Shown here in pieces: positions 18,974 through 26,778 of a DNA stretch of 48,989 bases. The first letter of the stretch is position 1, and each line of letters opens with the position of its first letter. The translations under genes and the position numbers were made by a program. The notes below the pieces were generated by a model. It saw nothing but the letters and a program-made list of their open reading frames with translations, was not told the origin of the DNA and did not search any database. Source of the stretch: Burkholderiales bacterium (GTDB taxonomy: Bacteria > Pseudomonadota > Gammaproteobacteria > Burkholderiales > SG8-39); contig DATNCP010000195.1 in assembly GCA_035607175.1 (NCBI GenBank), forward strand, positions 1 through 48,989. The letters run 5' to 3'.

Positions 18974-19350
18974 AGCCCGGCGACACGCTCCCGACGCTGC
19001 AGAAGACGTTCACCACCGTGGACCTGTTCGCCTATGGCGCGGCGACCTGGGACTGGCACCGCATGCACTACGACGCCGAGCTCGCGCGCAGCAAGGGCTT
19101 CGCCGGCCCGGTGATCGACGGACAGATGTACGGCGCCCTCTTCGCCCGGGTGGCGATGCGCTGGGCCGGGCCGCGCGCCTTCGTCACGAAGATGTCGCTG
19201 CGCATGAAGTCGATGGCCTTCGCCGGCGACACGCTGCGGGCCGAAGGCTCGGTCACCGAGGTGAACGGCAGCGTCGTCGTCCTCGCTCAACGCCTGATGA
19301 ACGGCGAGCGCGTCATCGCCGAATGCACCAGCTCTCTTTCGCTTCGCTGA
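18970..19350 (+). CDS. MaoC-like hotdog-fold (R)-hydratase subunit
   Basis: 126 aa. The segment ..YGAATWDWHRMHYDAELARSKGFAGPVIDGQM.. matches the hydratase-2 motif region. ATGA overlap with the previous hotdog gene. Confidence 0.7.
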   Translation: MKPGDTLPTLQKTFTTVDLFAYGAATWDWHRMHYDAELARSKGFAGPVIDGQMYGALFARVAMRWAGPRAFVTKMSLRMKSMAFAGDTLRAEGSVTEVNGSVVVLAQRLMNGERVIAECTSSLSLR

Positions 19351-19367
19351 CCTGGCGCGAAGCGCCG

Positions 19368-19790
19368 ATGCCGGGCGCGAGCCCGGTCCAGATGGCGCTG
19401 CTGCCGAAGCTTCCGGACGGCGGCTTCCGCGCCTTCGTCCGATTCCCTGCCGGATGGTCGCGCGCCGACGTCGGGCACTACGCCGTGCCGGAAGAGTTCC
19501 TGGTCCTCGAAGGGGAGCTCGCTCTCAACGGCAAGCGCTGGCAGCGCGGCGACCTCGCCTGGATTCCGGCGTGGACGTCGCGCCGCGACCTGGGTTCGAG
19601 AACCGGCTGCCTTGTTTTCGCCTGGTTCAGCGGAACGCCGCGCTGGCTTCCGGGCGAGCCCGCGCAGGCCGCCGGAGGTCCTCGGAACCGCACCTCGATC
19701 GAAGGTCGCGAGTTGGTGCGGCTGCTGCCGGGCGACACTCGCGAAACCCTGAGCCTCGACAACTACACCTGGCGCGCTACTCCACCTTGA
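19368..19790 (+). CDS. cupin-domain protein (ChrR-like cupin)
   Basis: The segment ..FVRFPAGWSRADVGHYAVPEEFLVLEGELALNGKRWQRGDLAWIPA.. resembles ChrR-type cupins. The start is uncertain (ATG 19368, with open frame upstream). The 3' end overlaps the convergent Bug gene by 14 nt. Confidence 0.5.
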   Translation: MPGASPVQMALLPKLPDGGFRAFVRFPAGWSRADVGHYAVPEEFLVLEGELALNGKRWQRGDLAWIPAWTSRRDLGSRTGCLVFAWFSGTPRWLPGEPAQAAGGPRNRTSIEGRELVRLLPGDTRETLSLDNYTWRATPP

Positions 19791-20730
19791 TGTTGGCGGC
19801 CTTGATCACCGGCCACCATTTGTCGATCTCGGCCTTGTGGAACGCGGCGAGGCCTTCCGACGTTTGCTGCTCGCGCGAGGCGACCTCGAGCCCGAGGTCG
19901 GCGAGGCGCGCTTTCACCTTTTCGTCCGCGAGCGCCCGCATCATCGCGCCGTTCAGCCTGGCCACGACTTCCTTCGGCATGCCGCGCGGGCCGAACAGGC
20001 CGAACCAGCCCACGGCGTAGAGGCCCGGGATCCCGCTCTCGTCGGAGGTCGGCACGCCCTGCACGACCGGCGAGCGCTTCGGCGAAAGGTTGGCGAGGAT
20101 CTTGACGTTGCCCGAGCGCGCCTGCGGCAGCGCCGCCGCGGCCTGCAGCACCATCAGGTCGACCTGGTTGCCGAGCATCGCCTGCATCGCCGGGCCGGCG
20201 CCGCGGAACGGGACGAACAGCACTTCGGTGCCGGTCGCCTGCATCATCTGGATTCCCGAGAGCTTCGCCGCCGCGGTCTGCTCGACGAAGGTCACTTTGC
20301 CGGGATTGGCCTTCATGTAGGCGACCAGGCCCTTCAGGTCGTCCGCCGGAAATCCCTTGCGCGCGATCATCAGCTGCGGGTTGATCGTCATCAGCCCGAT
20401 CGGCGCGAAGTCCTTCTGCAGGTCGAAGCTGATCGGGTAGATGATGGCGCCGACGTGCGTGTCCCACTGGCCGATGTCGAGGGTGTAGCCGTCCGGCGCC
20501 GAGCGCGCCACGCGGGCGAGCGCGATGCTGCCGTTCGCGCCGCCGACGTTCTCCACCACCACCGCCTGCCCCAGCGGCGCGGTCATCGCCTCGGCGATGA
20601 TGCGCGCGGTGGTGTCGGTCGAGCCGCCCGGCGGGAACGGCGAGATGAGCGTGATCGGGCGCGAAGGGAACTGCTGCGCGCCGGCAGCACCAGCCATCAG
20701 GAACAACGCGGTCGCGAGCAGGCGTTTCAT
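19777..20730 (-). CDS. Bug/TctC-family substrate-binding protein
   Basis: Signal peptide MKRLLATALFLMAGAAGAQ followed by the hallmark FPSRPITLISPFPPGGSTDTTARI. GGAGG Shine-Dalgarno upstream. The ATG overlaps the cyclase stop (ATGA). Confidence 0.85.
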   Translation of the reverse strand: MKRLLATALFLMAGAAGAQQFPSRPITLISPFPPGGSTDTTARIIAEAMTAPLGQAVVVENVGGANGSIALARVARSAPDGYTLDIGQWDTHVGAIIYPISFDLQKDFAPIGLMTINPQLMIARKGFPADDLKGLVAYMKANPGKVTFVEQTAAAKLSGIQMMQATGTEVLFVPFRGAGPAMQAMLGNQVDLMVLQAAAALPQARSGNVKILANLSPKRSPVVQGVPTSDESGIPGLYAVGWFGLFGPRGMPKEVVARLNGAMMRALADEKVKARLADLGLEVASREQQTSEGLAAFHKAEIDKWWPVIKAANIKVE

Positions 20731-22406
20731 CGTCTTACCTCCGGGATGGTCTTCAGGGCATAGAACTGCACCGACTGTACACGGCCTTTCACCGGCGCCT
20801 CGTGCAGCGGCTCGGTGGTGATATTGAGGCCGGCCAGCTCCGCGGCCCGGCGCGAGACGATCAGCGAGCAGCCGTATTCCTTGGTCAGGCTCTCGAGGCG
20901 CGCCGCGGTATTGGCGGTATCGCCGATGGCGGTGACGATCTGCGACCGGGGCGGGCCGAGCGCGCCGACGATCGCCTCGCTGTAGTGGATGCCGATGCCG
21001 ATCGCGAGCGGCTGCGGCAGCTCGCCGGCGAGCGTGCGGTTCAGCTGCTCGACGCGCATCAGCATCTCGCGCGCGCCGCGCACGGCGTCGGCCGCCCCGG
21101 TCGCCGGGTCGTCGGAGTCCAGGCCGTAGAGCGCCATCAGCCCGTCGCCGGTGAAATTCGAGTAGTGGCCCCGGGTCGCGACCAGCGCCTCCCTCATCTC
21201 GTGGAAGAAGCGGTTGAGGATGAACAGCACGTCGTAGGGCAGCTTCGCCTCGCCGAGCGTGGTCGAGCCGCGCAAGTCGACGAACATGATCGTGATCAGC
21301 CGCTCGCTGCCCTCCATGCCGCCGCGCACGAAGCCGTCGGCGGCCGACGAATCGGCGGCGAGCAAGGGCGTGATGCACAGGTCGGCGACCGGCCGCACCT
21401 GGCAGGCGAGGCGCAGGCCGGGGGTGGCGGCGATGCGCGCCAGCGCTCTCGCTTCCAGCTCCCCTGGAGGCGCGAGCGACTCGAGTCCGCTGCTCACTTG
21501 CACGCGGCAGGTCGTGCAGCGCGCGCGGCCGCCGCATACCGACGCGTGCGGAATGCCGTATTCGCGCAGCGTCTCGAGAATGGTCGATCCCGGAAACACC
21601 GGCAGCTTCTGTCCGGACGGGTGGCTGAGCTGCGGCGGGCGCTGCCGCGACTGGCTCCAGCGGCGCAAGCCCCGGGCGGCGAAGACGAACAGCAGCAGCC
21701 CGCCGTGCGCGAGCAGGATCGTCGTCGCCATCCGGTCGATCGCCGCCGGCGTGGCTTCGGCGACGTTCGCGTCGGCGAGCGTCTTCCCGACGAACTCCTC
21801 GTCGGCCTCGGCGGTGCGGACGACCTGGTTTCCGGCGCTCAGGAAACCCGACAGCGCGAGGGTCGGCAGGAGCAAGGCGAAAGCGCCGAGCCAGACGCGA
21901 CCGCTCGGGTACCAGGCCTTGGTGCGCAGCCAGAAATGGATGCCGATGCAGGCGTGCATCCACAAGGTCAGCAACGCTACCGCCTGCAGGACGGCCACGT
22001 AAGGCGCCACCACCCAGTATTCGACCAGCACGTAGCCGTAGCCGGTGTCGACGCCCATGCTCGCTTCCGCAAGGCGCGTGCTCGCGATGTGCAGCGCGAA
22101 CAGCGCGGGGATGCAAAGCCCGAGGCCGAGCTGCGCCCATTCCCAGGCGTTGAGCCGCAGGGAGCGCCGCTCGTAGACGGACCAGAGCGCGTTCGCGTAG
22201 TGGACGAGGAACGCGGTGACGAGCAGCGCCGTGCCGGCCTCGTTGCGCCAGGGGCGCATCAGCGCCGCGAGCCCCTCCTCGGCGACCGGCTGCGAAAGCA
22301 GCAGCAGGCTGTGGGCGCCGAGATGGCTGATCACGAACGCCAGCAGCACCAGCGCGCTCGTCAGGCGCAGCCTCGCGCGCAGGCTCCGCAGGTCGGGCAT
22401 CGGCAT
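20727..22406 (-). CDS. class III adenylate/guanylate cyclase with N-terminal His-rich polytopic membrane domain and 2Fe-2S ferredoxin-type domain
   Basis: The cyclase domain carries FVDLRGST, GDGLMALYG and IGDTANTAARLES. The ferredoxin-type region has a Cys cluster CGGRARCTTCRV...LACQV. The N-terminus has about 6 TM helices. The start is taken at MPMPDLRSL (22406); the track start at 22532 is possible but less likely. Confidence 0.8.
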   Translation of the reverse strand: MPMPDLRSLRARLRLTSALVLLAFVISHLGAHSLLLLSQPVAEEGLAALMRPWRNEAGTALLVTAFLVHYANALWSVYERRSLRLNAWEWAQLGLGLCIPALFALHIASTRLAEASMGVDTGYGYVLVEYWVVAPYVAVLQAVALLTLWMHACIGIHFWLRTKAWYPSGRVWLGAFALLLPTLALSGFLSAGNQVVRTAEADEEFVGKTLADANVAEATPAAIDRMATTILLAHGGLLLFVFAARGLRRWSQSRQRPPQLSHPSGQKLPVFPGSTILETLREYGIPHASVCGGRARCTTCRVQVSSGLESLAPPGELEARALARIAATPGLRLACQVRPVADLCITPLLAADSSAADGFVRGGMEGSERLITIMFVDLRGSTTLGEAKLPYDVLFILNRFFHEMREALVATRGHYSNFTGDGLMALYGLDSDDPATGAADAVRGAREMLMRVEQLNRTLAGELPQPLAIGIGIHYSEAIVGALGPPRSQIVTAIGDTANTAARLESLTKEYGCSLIVSRRAAELAGLNITTEPLHEAPVKGRVQSVQFYALKTIPEVRR

Positions 22407-22578
22407 GCCGCCTATTACCACACCGCTGCGATTTGCGCGTTGCTCGCGCGCATGCCCCGCGCGTGCATTTTTTACAAGACCTTCCGAAAAACCAATGACA
22501 TCCGGCTTCCCCGCAAGGTATTCTCTGAGCACGAAACGGGAGGGCTGGCGTCCAGCGGACGGGGACCGCTGCCAGACG
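22407..22578. promoter_or_regulatory. divergent intergenic control region (cyclase operon / DarA-like operon)
   Basis: The largest non-coding gap in the window (172 nt), locally AT-richer (..GCATTTTTTACAAGACCTTCCGAAAAACCAATGACAT..). Promoters for both divergent operons must lie here. No confident -35/-10 assignment. Confidence 0.35.
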
Positions 22579-23490
22579 ATGAAACGAGTTCTGGTCGTTC
22601 ATTTTTCGCAGACGGGGCAGCTCGCTCGTATCGCGCGCCGCATCGCGTCGCCGCTCGCCGGCTCGGCTGAAATCGAGCTGGTCGAAGAGGTGCTGCGACC
22701 GCGCACCCCGTATCCCTTCCCCTGGCCGCTGCTGCGCTTCTTCGATGCGATGCCGGAAGCGGTGTTGCTCGATGCGCCGCTGCTTGAACCGGTCGCTGCA
22801 GAGGGGGATTTCGATCTCGTCGTGCTCGCCTACCAGGTCTGGTTCCTCTCCCCTTCCGGACCGACCACTGCGTTTCTGAAAAGCGATCAGGGAAAACGCC
22901 TGCTGCGCGGCCGCCCGGTCGTGACCGTCATCGCCTGCCGCAACATGTGGCTCAACGCGCAGGAAACGGTCAAGCAGCTGATCCAGGAAGCGGGCGGCGA
23001 GCTGCGCGACAACGTCGTCTTCACCGACCGGGCGCCGACGCTCGCGACATTGATTACCACGCCGCGCTGGCTGCTCACCGGGAAGCGCGACGGCTTTCTC
23101 GGGTTGCCGCCCGCCGGCATCGCCGAGCAGGACATCGCCGGCGCGGAGCGCTTCGGGCACGCGCTGGTCCGCGCCTTGCGCGACGGGCGCGAAAAGCGCG
23201 ACGGGCCGATGCTTGGCGGGCTCGGCGCGGCGCGCGTCGATCCGCGGCTCATCTTCAGCGAGCGCGCCGGCAAGCGCGCGTTCGGCGCGTGGTCGCGCAT
23301 CATCCGGCTCGGCGGCGCGCCCGGTTCCCTGCTGCGCCTGCCGCTCGTGGTGCTGTTCTGCCTCTACCTGGTGGCGATGATCCTCGCCGTCGTCCCCGCG
23401 AGCCTGCTGCTGCAGCGGCTGTTGCGCCCGCTGCTCGCGCGCCGGCTCGAGTCGCAGAAGACGTACTTCGAGCTGCCGTCGGGTCACTAG
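22579..23490 (+). CDS. darA: DarA-like protein (flavodoxin-like 'dialkylresorcinol condensing enzyme' family) with C-terminal TM helix
   Basis: The N-terminus MKRVLVVHFSQTGQLARIA is flavodoxin-like. About 303 aa with a hydrophobic tail LRLPLVVLFCLYLVAMILAVVPASLLL. It lies immediately upstream of a KAS III gene, as in dar loci. An alternative in-frame ATG lies at 22495. Confidence 0.6.
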   Translation: MKRVLVVHFSQTGQLARIARRIASPLAGSAEIELVEEVLRPRTPYPFPWPLLRFFDAMPEAVLLDAPLLEPVAAEGDFDLVVLAYQVWFLSPSGPTTAFLKSDQGKRLLRGRPVVTVIACRNMWLNAQETVKQLIQEAGGELRDNVVFTDRAPTLATLITTPRWLLTGKRDGFLGLPPAGIAEQDIAGAERFGHALVRALRDGREKRDGPMLGGLGAARVDPRLIFSERAGKRAFGAWSRIIRLGGAPGSLLRLPLVVLFCLYLVAMILAVVPASLLLQRLLRPLLARRLESQKTYFELPSGH

Positions 23491-23491
23491 C

Positions 23492-24640
23492 GTGGACGCC
23501 TACATCACCCGCACCTCCGTCGCCCTGCCCAACAAGGCGGTGGAGAACGACCAGGTCGAAGCGATCCTCGGCCAGGTCGGCGACCGGCCCTCGCGCGCGC
23601 GGCGCATCGTGCTTCGCAACAACGGCATCCGCAAGCGCTACTACGTCATCGACCCCGGCACCGGCCTCGCGACGCATTCGAACGCGAGCCTCACTGCTGC
23701 GGCGATCCGCGGCCTCGCCGACGAGTATTTCGCGCTCGAAGACATCGCGGTGCTCGCCTGCGGCACCTCGAATCCCGACCAGCTGATGCCGAATCACGCC
23801 GTGATGGTGCACGGCGAGCTCGGCGTGCCGGTGCGCGAGGTCGTGGCCACCGCCGGCGTGTGCCTCTCGGGCACCACCGCGTTCAAGTACGGCTGGATGG
23901 CCGTGAAGGCCGGCTGCGCCGCCAACGCCGTGGTCACCGGCTCGGAAGTCGCTTCGCTCGGCCTGCGCGCCCACAACTACGAGGCGGAATGCGCCGCGCG
24001 CGGCAAGGCGCTCGATGCCAACCCGGAGCTCGCCTTCGACAAGGACTTCCTGCGCTGGATGCTCTCCGACGGCGCCGGCGCGTGGCTGATCGAGCCGCAG
24101 CCGCGACGCGGCCTCAACCTGCGCGTCGACTGGATCGAGCTCTTCTCCTACGCCCACGCCCTGCCGGCGTGCATGTACATGGGCGCGGAGAAGGATTCCG
24201 GCGGCGCGCTGCGCGGCTGGATGAGCTATCCCGGCCACGAGCGCGAATCGACCTCGATCTTCGCGCTGAAGCAGGACGTGCGGCTGCTGAACGAGGCGGT
24301 GGTCGAGTACACGCTGGAGAAGCCGCTGCAGCGCCTGATCGCGCAGCGCAAGCTCGTCCCGCGCGAGATCGACTGGTTCCTGCCGCACATGTCCTCCGAG
24401 TTCTTCCGGCCGAAGGTCGCCGAGGCGCTCGAGCGCGTCGGCCTGCCGATCGCAAAGGAGCGCTGGTTCACCAACCTTGCCTGGACCGGCAACACCGGCT
24501 CGGCGGCGATCTACATCATGCTCGACGAGCTGCTGCGCAGCGGCGACATCACGCCCGGGCAGCGGCTGCTGTGCTTCGTGCCGGAGAGCGGCCGCTTCTC
24601 CAGCGGCTTCATCCATCTCACCGCGGTCGCGCATGCGTGA
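23492..24640 (+). CDS. darB: DarB-like beta-ketoacyl-ACP synthase III-family condensing enzyme
   Basis: 382 aa with a FabH-like fold. The nucleophile Cys sits in ATAGVCLSGTTAF and a C-terminal NTGSAAIYIMLDEL is present. GTG start 1 nt after the DarA-like stop. Confidence 0.7.
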   Translation: MDAYITRTSVALPNKAVENDQVEAILGQVGDRPSRARRIVLRNNGIRKRYYVIDPGTGLATHSNASLTAAAIRGLADEYFALEDIAVLACGTSNPDQLMPNHAVMVHGELGVPVREVVATAGVCLSGTTAFKYGWMAVKAGCAANAVVTGSEVASLGLRAHNYEAECAARGKALDANPELAFDKDFLRWMLSDGAGAWLIEPQPRRGLNLRVDWIELFSYAHALPACMYMGAEKDSGGALRGWMSYPGHERESTSIFALKQDVRLLNEAVVEYTLEKPLQRLIAQRKLVPREIDWFLPHMSSEFFRPKVAEALERVGLPIAKERWFTNLAWTGNTGSAAIYIMLDELLRSGDITPGQRLLCFVPESGRFSSGFIHLTAVAHA

Positions 24641-25028
24641 GCGCGACGTCCCCCAGGAAGGCAACGCGACGCTCGCCGGTCACCGCAAGGCGGTGTACGC
24701 GGTCGCCGACGACGGCCGGGTGCGCCTGGTCGCGTCGCGCGGCTGGGAAGTCGAGGAAATCGTCACCCGCCAGGCGATCGAGGACCTCGAGCGCCTGGCA
24801 CGCGAGGCGCGCGAGCGCTGCCGCGCCGGCCTGACCTCGCCGCTCGAATATCACATGTACCGCGCGCGCATGGACGTCGCGCTGCTTTCGCAGACGACAG
24901 GCGTCTGGCGCTGGCGCGTCCGCCGCCACTTCCGCCCGCACGTCTTCGCCCGCCTTTCGACCACGCTGCGGCAGCGCTATGCCGACGCGCTCGGCCTTTC
25001 CCTCGAGGCGCTCGGACGGACCGACTAG
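24633..25028 (+). CDS. small hypothetical protein with C-terminal HTH-like segment
   Basis: 131 aa. The C-terminal segment ..MDVALLSQTTGVWRWRVRRHFRPHVFARLSTTLRQRYADALGLSLEAL.. looks like an XRE-type helix-turn-helix. It overlaps the DarB-like stop by 8 nt. Confidence 0.45.
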   Translation: MRERDVPQEGNATLAGHRKAVYAVADDGRVRLVASRGWEVEEIVTRQAIEDLERLAREARERCRAGLTSPLEYHMYRARMDVALLSQTTGVWRWRVRRHFRPHVFARLSTTLRQRYADALGLSLEALGRTD

Positions 25029-25030
25029 CC

Positions 25031-26026
25031 GTGCCGCCCTACGTGCACCAGCACGCCTCGCATTGCGAGTCGGGCGTGATGAGCTCGCTCGTGCGCCATC
25101 GCGGCCTGCCGATGTCGGAAGCGATGGCGTTCGGCCTCGCCTCGGCGATCCTGTTCGCCTACCTGCCGTTCATCCGCGTCCACGGCCTGCCGATCGTTGC
25201 CTATCGCATCCCGCCACGCGGCATCATCCGGCGACTGAACCGCGACCTCGGCCTCGGCATGCGCTTCGAGCGCTTCGGCTCGCCCGCCGAGGGCACGCGC
25301 CGCCTGAACGAGCTGCTCGCGCAGGGCAGCCTCGTCGGGCTGCAGACCTCGGCGTTCTGGCTGCCCTACTTCCCGCCCGACATGCGCTTCCACTTCAACG
25401 CCCACAACCTGATCATCTACGGCCGCGAAGGCGACGAGTACCTGGTGAGCGACCCCGTGGGCGAGACGGTCGTGCGCATCGCACGCGCCGATCTCGAGAA
25501 GGCGCGCTTCGCCAAGGGCATCCTCGCGCCGAAGGGCCTCCTCTATTACGCGACCGCCACGCCCGCCGCGCCGGACTGGGCGAAGCTCGGCAGACGCGCG
25601 CTCGCCCGCGCCGCGAATCCGATGCTGCGCACGCCGCTCCCTTTCATTGGCGTGCGCGGCATCCGCATGCTCGCCTGGCAGGTGTCGCGGCTCGCCGACG
25701 ACGCGCACGCCCGGCTCTACACCGGCAACATCGTGCGCATGCAGGAGGAGATCGGCACCGGCGGCGCGGGATTCCGCTTCCTCTACGCGTCGTTCCTGCA
25801 GGAACTGGCGGCGATCACCGGCTACAACCCGCTCGACGGTCTCGCCGCCCAGCTGGTGGAAATCGGCGATCGCTGGCGCGAATTCGCCCTTGCCGCGGCG
25901 CGCATGATCCGCGGCCGCGATGCGTTCGATGCCAGAGTGCTCGCGGCGCACCTGCGCTCGCTCGCGGCCGACGAGAAGAAGTTCTTCCACGAGCTCGACG
26001 CCGCGCAGCGGGCCTGGGCATGCTGA
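25031..26026 (+). CDS. BtrH N-terminal-domain (papain-like Cys fold) protein with DUF4872-like C-terminal half
   Basis: GTG start. The N-terminus ..HQHASHCESGVMSSLVRHRGLPMSEAMAFGL.. matches the BtrH_N pattern, with a candidate catalytic Cys in HCESG. 331 aa. Confidence 0.6.
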   Translation: MPPYVHQHASHCESGVMSSLVRHRGLPMSEAMAFGLASAILFAYLPFIRVHGLPIVAYRIPPRGIIRRLNRDLGLGMRFERFGSPAEGTRRLNELLAQGSLVGLQTSAFWLPYFPPDMRFHFNAHNLIIYGREGDEYLVSDPVGETVVRIARADLEKARFAKGILAPKGLLYYATATPAAPDWAKLGRRALARAANPMLRTPLPFIGVRGIRMLAWQVSRLADDAHARLYTGNIVRMQEEIGTGGAGFRFLYASFLQELAAITGYNPLDGLAAQLVEIGDRWREFALAAARMIRGRDAFDARVLAAHLRSLAADEKKFFHELDAAQRAWAC

Positions 26027-26778
26027 GCGTCGAGGGCGTTTCGTTCCGCTACGCCGGCGGCGAGGAGCCCGTGCTGCGCGAGCTCTCGATCAGCGTGCCC
26101 GCCGGCGGGATTTTCGGCCTGCTCGGGCCGAACGGCGCCGGCAAGACCACGCTGATCTCGATCCTCGCCGGGCAGCTGCGTGCCGCCAGCGGCCGGGTCA
26201 CGGTCGACGGCACGCCGCTCGAGGAGCTGCGCCGGCGCGAGCCCGCTTCGCTCGGGCTGGTGCCGCAGGAGTTCGCCTTCTACCCGATGCTCAGCTGCGC
26301 GGAGAACCTGCGCTTCTTCGGCAGCGTGCAGGGGGTGGGCGGTGCGCGCCTGCGCGAGCGCGTTGCGGCGGTCGCGGCGTTCGCGCGCATCGAAAGCATG
26401 CTCGCGCGCCGCGCCGGCGAGCTCTCCGGCGGGCTGCGCCGGCGCCTCAACCTCGCGATCGGCCTGCTCACCGAGCCGCGCATCCTGCTGCTCGACGAGC
26501 CGACGGTCGGCGTCGATCCGCAGTCGCGCTCGTTCCTGCTCGACTCGATCCGCGCCCTCGCCGGCGAAGGCCGGACCATCCTGTACACCAGCCACTACAT
26601 GGAGGAGATCGAGGCGATCTGCGACCGCGTGGCGATCATCGACGCCGGCCGGGTACTGCGCGAAGGAGCGCTCGCCGAGCTGCTGCGCGACGATGCCGCG
26701 ATCGTCCCGGTGCGCCACAACAACCGCAGCCTCGAACAGCTTTTCATGCACTTGACCAGCCGCTCGCTGCGGGATTGA
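26020..26778 (+). CDS. ABC transporter ATP-binding protein (ABC-2/DrrA-type)
   Basis: Walker A GPNGAGKTT, signature LSGGLRRRL, Walker B LLLDEPTVGVD. 7-nt overlap upstream. Confidence 0.85.
   Translation: MLSVEGVSFRYAGGEEPVLRELSISVPAGGIFGLLGPNGAGKTTLISILAGQLRAASGRVTVDGTPLEELRRREPASLGLVPQEFAFYPMLSCAENLRFFGSVQGVGGARLRERVAAVAAFARIESMLARRAGELSGGLRRRLNLAIGLLTEPRILLLDEPTVGVDPQSRSFLLDSIRALAGEGRTILYTSHYMEEIEAICDRVAIIDAGRVLREGALAELLRDDAAIVPVRHNNRSLEQLFMHLTSRSLRD

Noticed and set aside
19054-19067. TGGCACCGCATGCA, reminiscent of a sigma-54 -24/-12 element (TGGCAC-N5-TTGCA). It was of interest because a sigma-54 activator is in the window.
   Set aside because: The spacing is one base short, the TTGC is imperfect, and the site is inside the MaoC-like coding sequence. 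I also found no convincing GG-N10-GC element in the 41-nt gap upstream of the DUF883 gene.
20381-20394. TTGATCGTCATCAG, a 9/10 match to the Fnr/Crp-type box TTGAT-N4-ATCAA.
   Set aside because: It lies in the middle of the Bug coding sequence, far from any start site. A single near-match in 49 kb is expected by chance.
22445-22473. GC hairpin CGCGCG-N7-CGCGCG followed 4 nt later by TTTTTT, resembling an intrinsic terminator on the plus strand.
   Set aside because: No plus-strand gene ends upstream of it, because the region is the divergent promoter gap. The stem is short (6 bp) and is separated from the T-run. It is more likely part of the promoter/leader region.
22495-22578. In-frame upstream ATG that would add 28 aa (MTSGFPARYSLSTKREGWRPADGDRCQT) to the DarA-like protein.
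   Set aside because: Flavodoxin-like folds begin directly with the beta1 strand (MKRVLVVHFSQTG). The extension has no family-like character and would consume half of the only promoter region. It is kept as an alternative start only.
20731-23487. The upstream 900+ codons of track ORF 19777-23487 (minus strand, 1236 aa), and ORF 20802-22670 (plus strand).
   Set aside because: Only the last 317 codons (19777-20730) form a Bug protein with its own SD, ATG and signal peptide. The remainder is low-complexity sequence antisense to DarA-like or out of frame with the cyclase gene.
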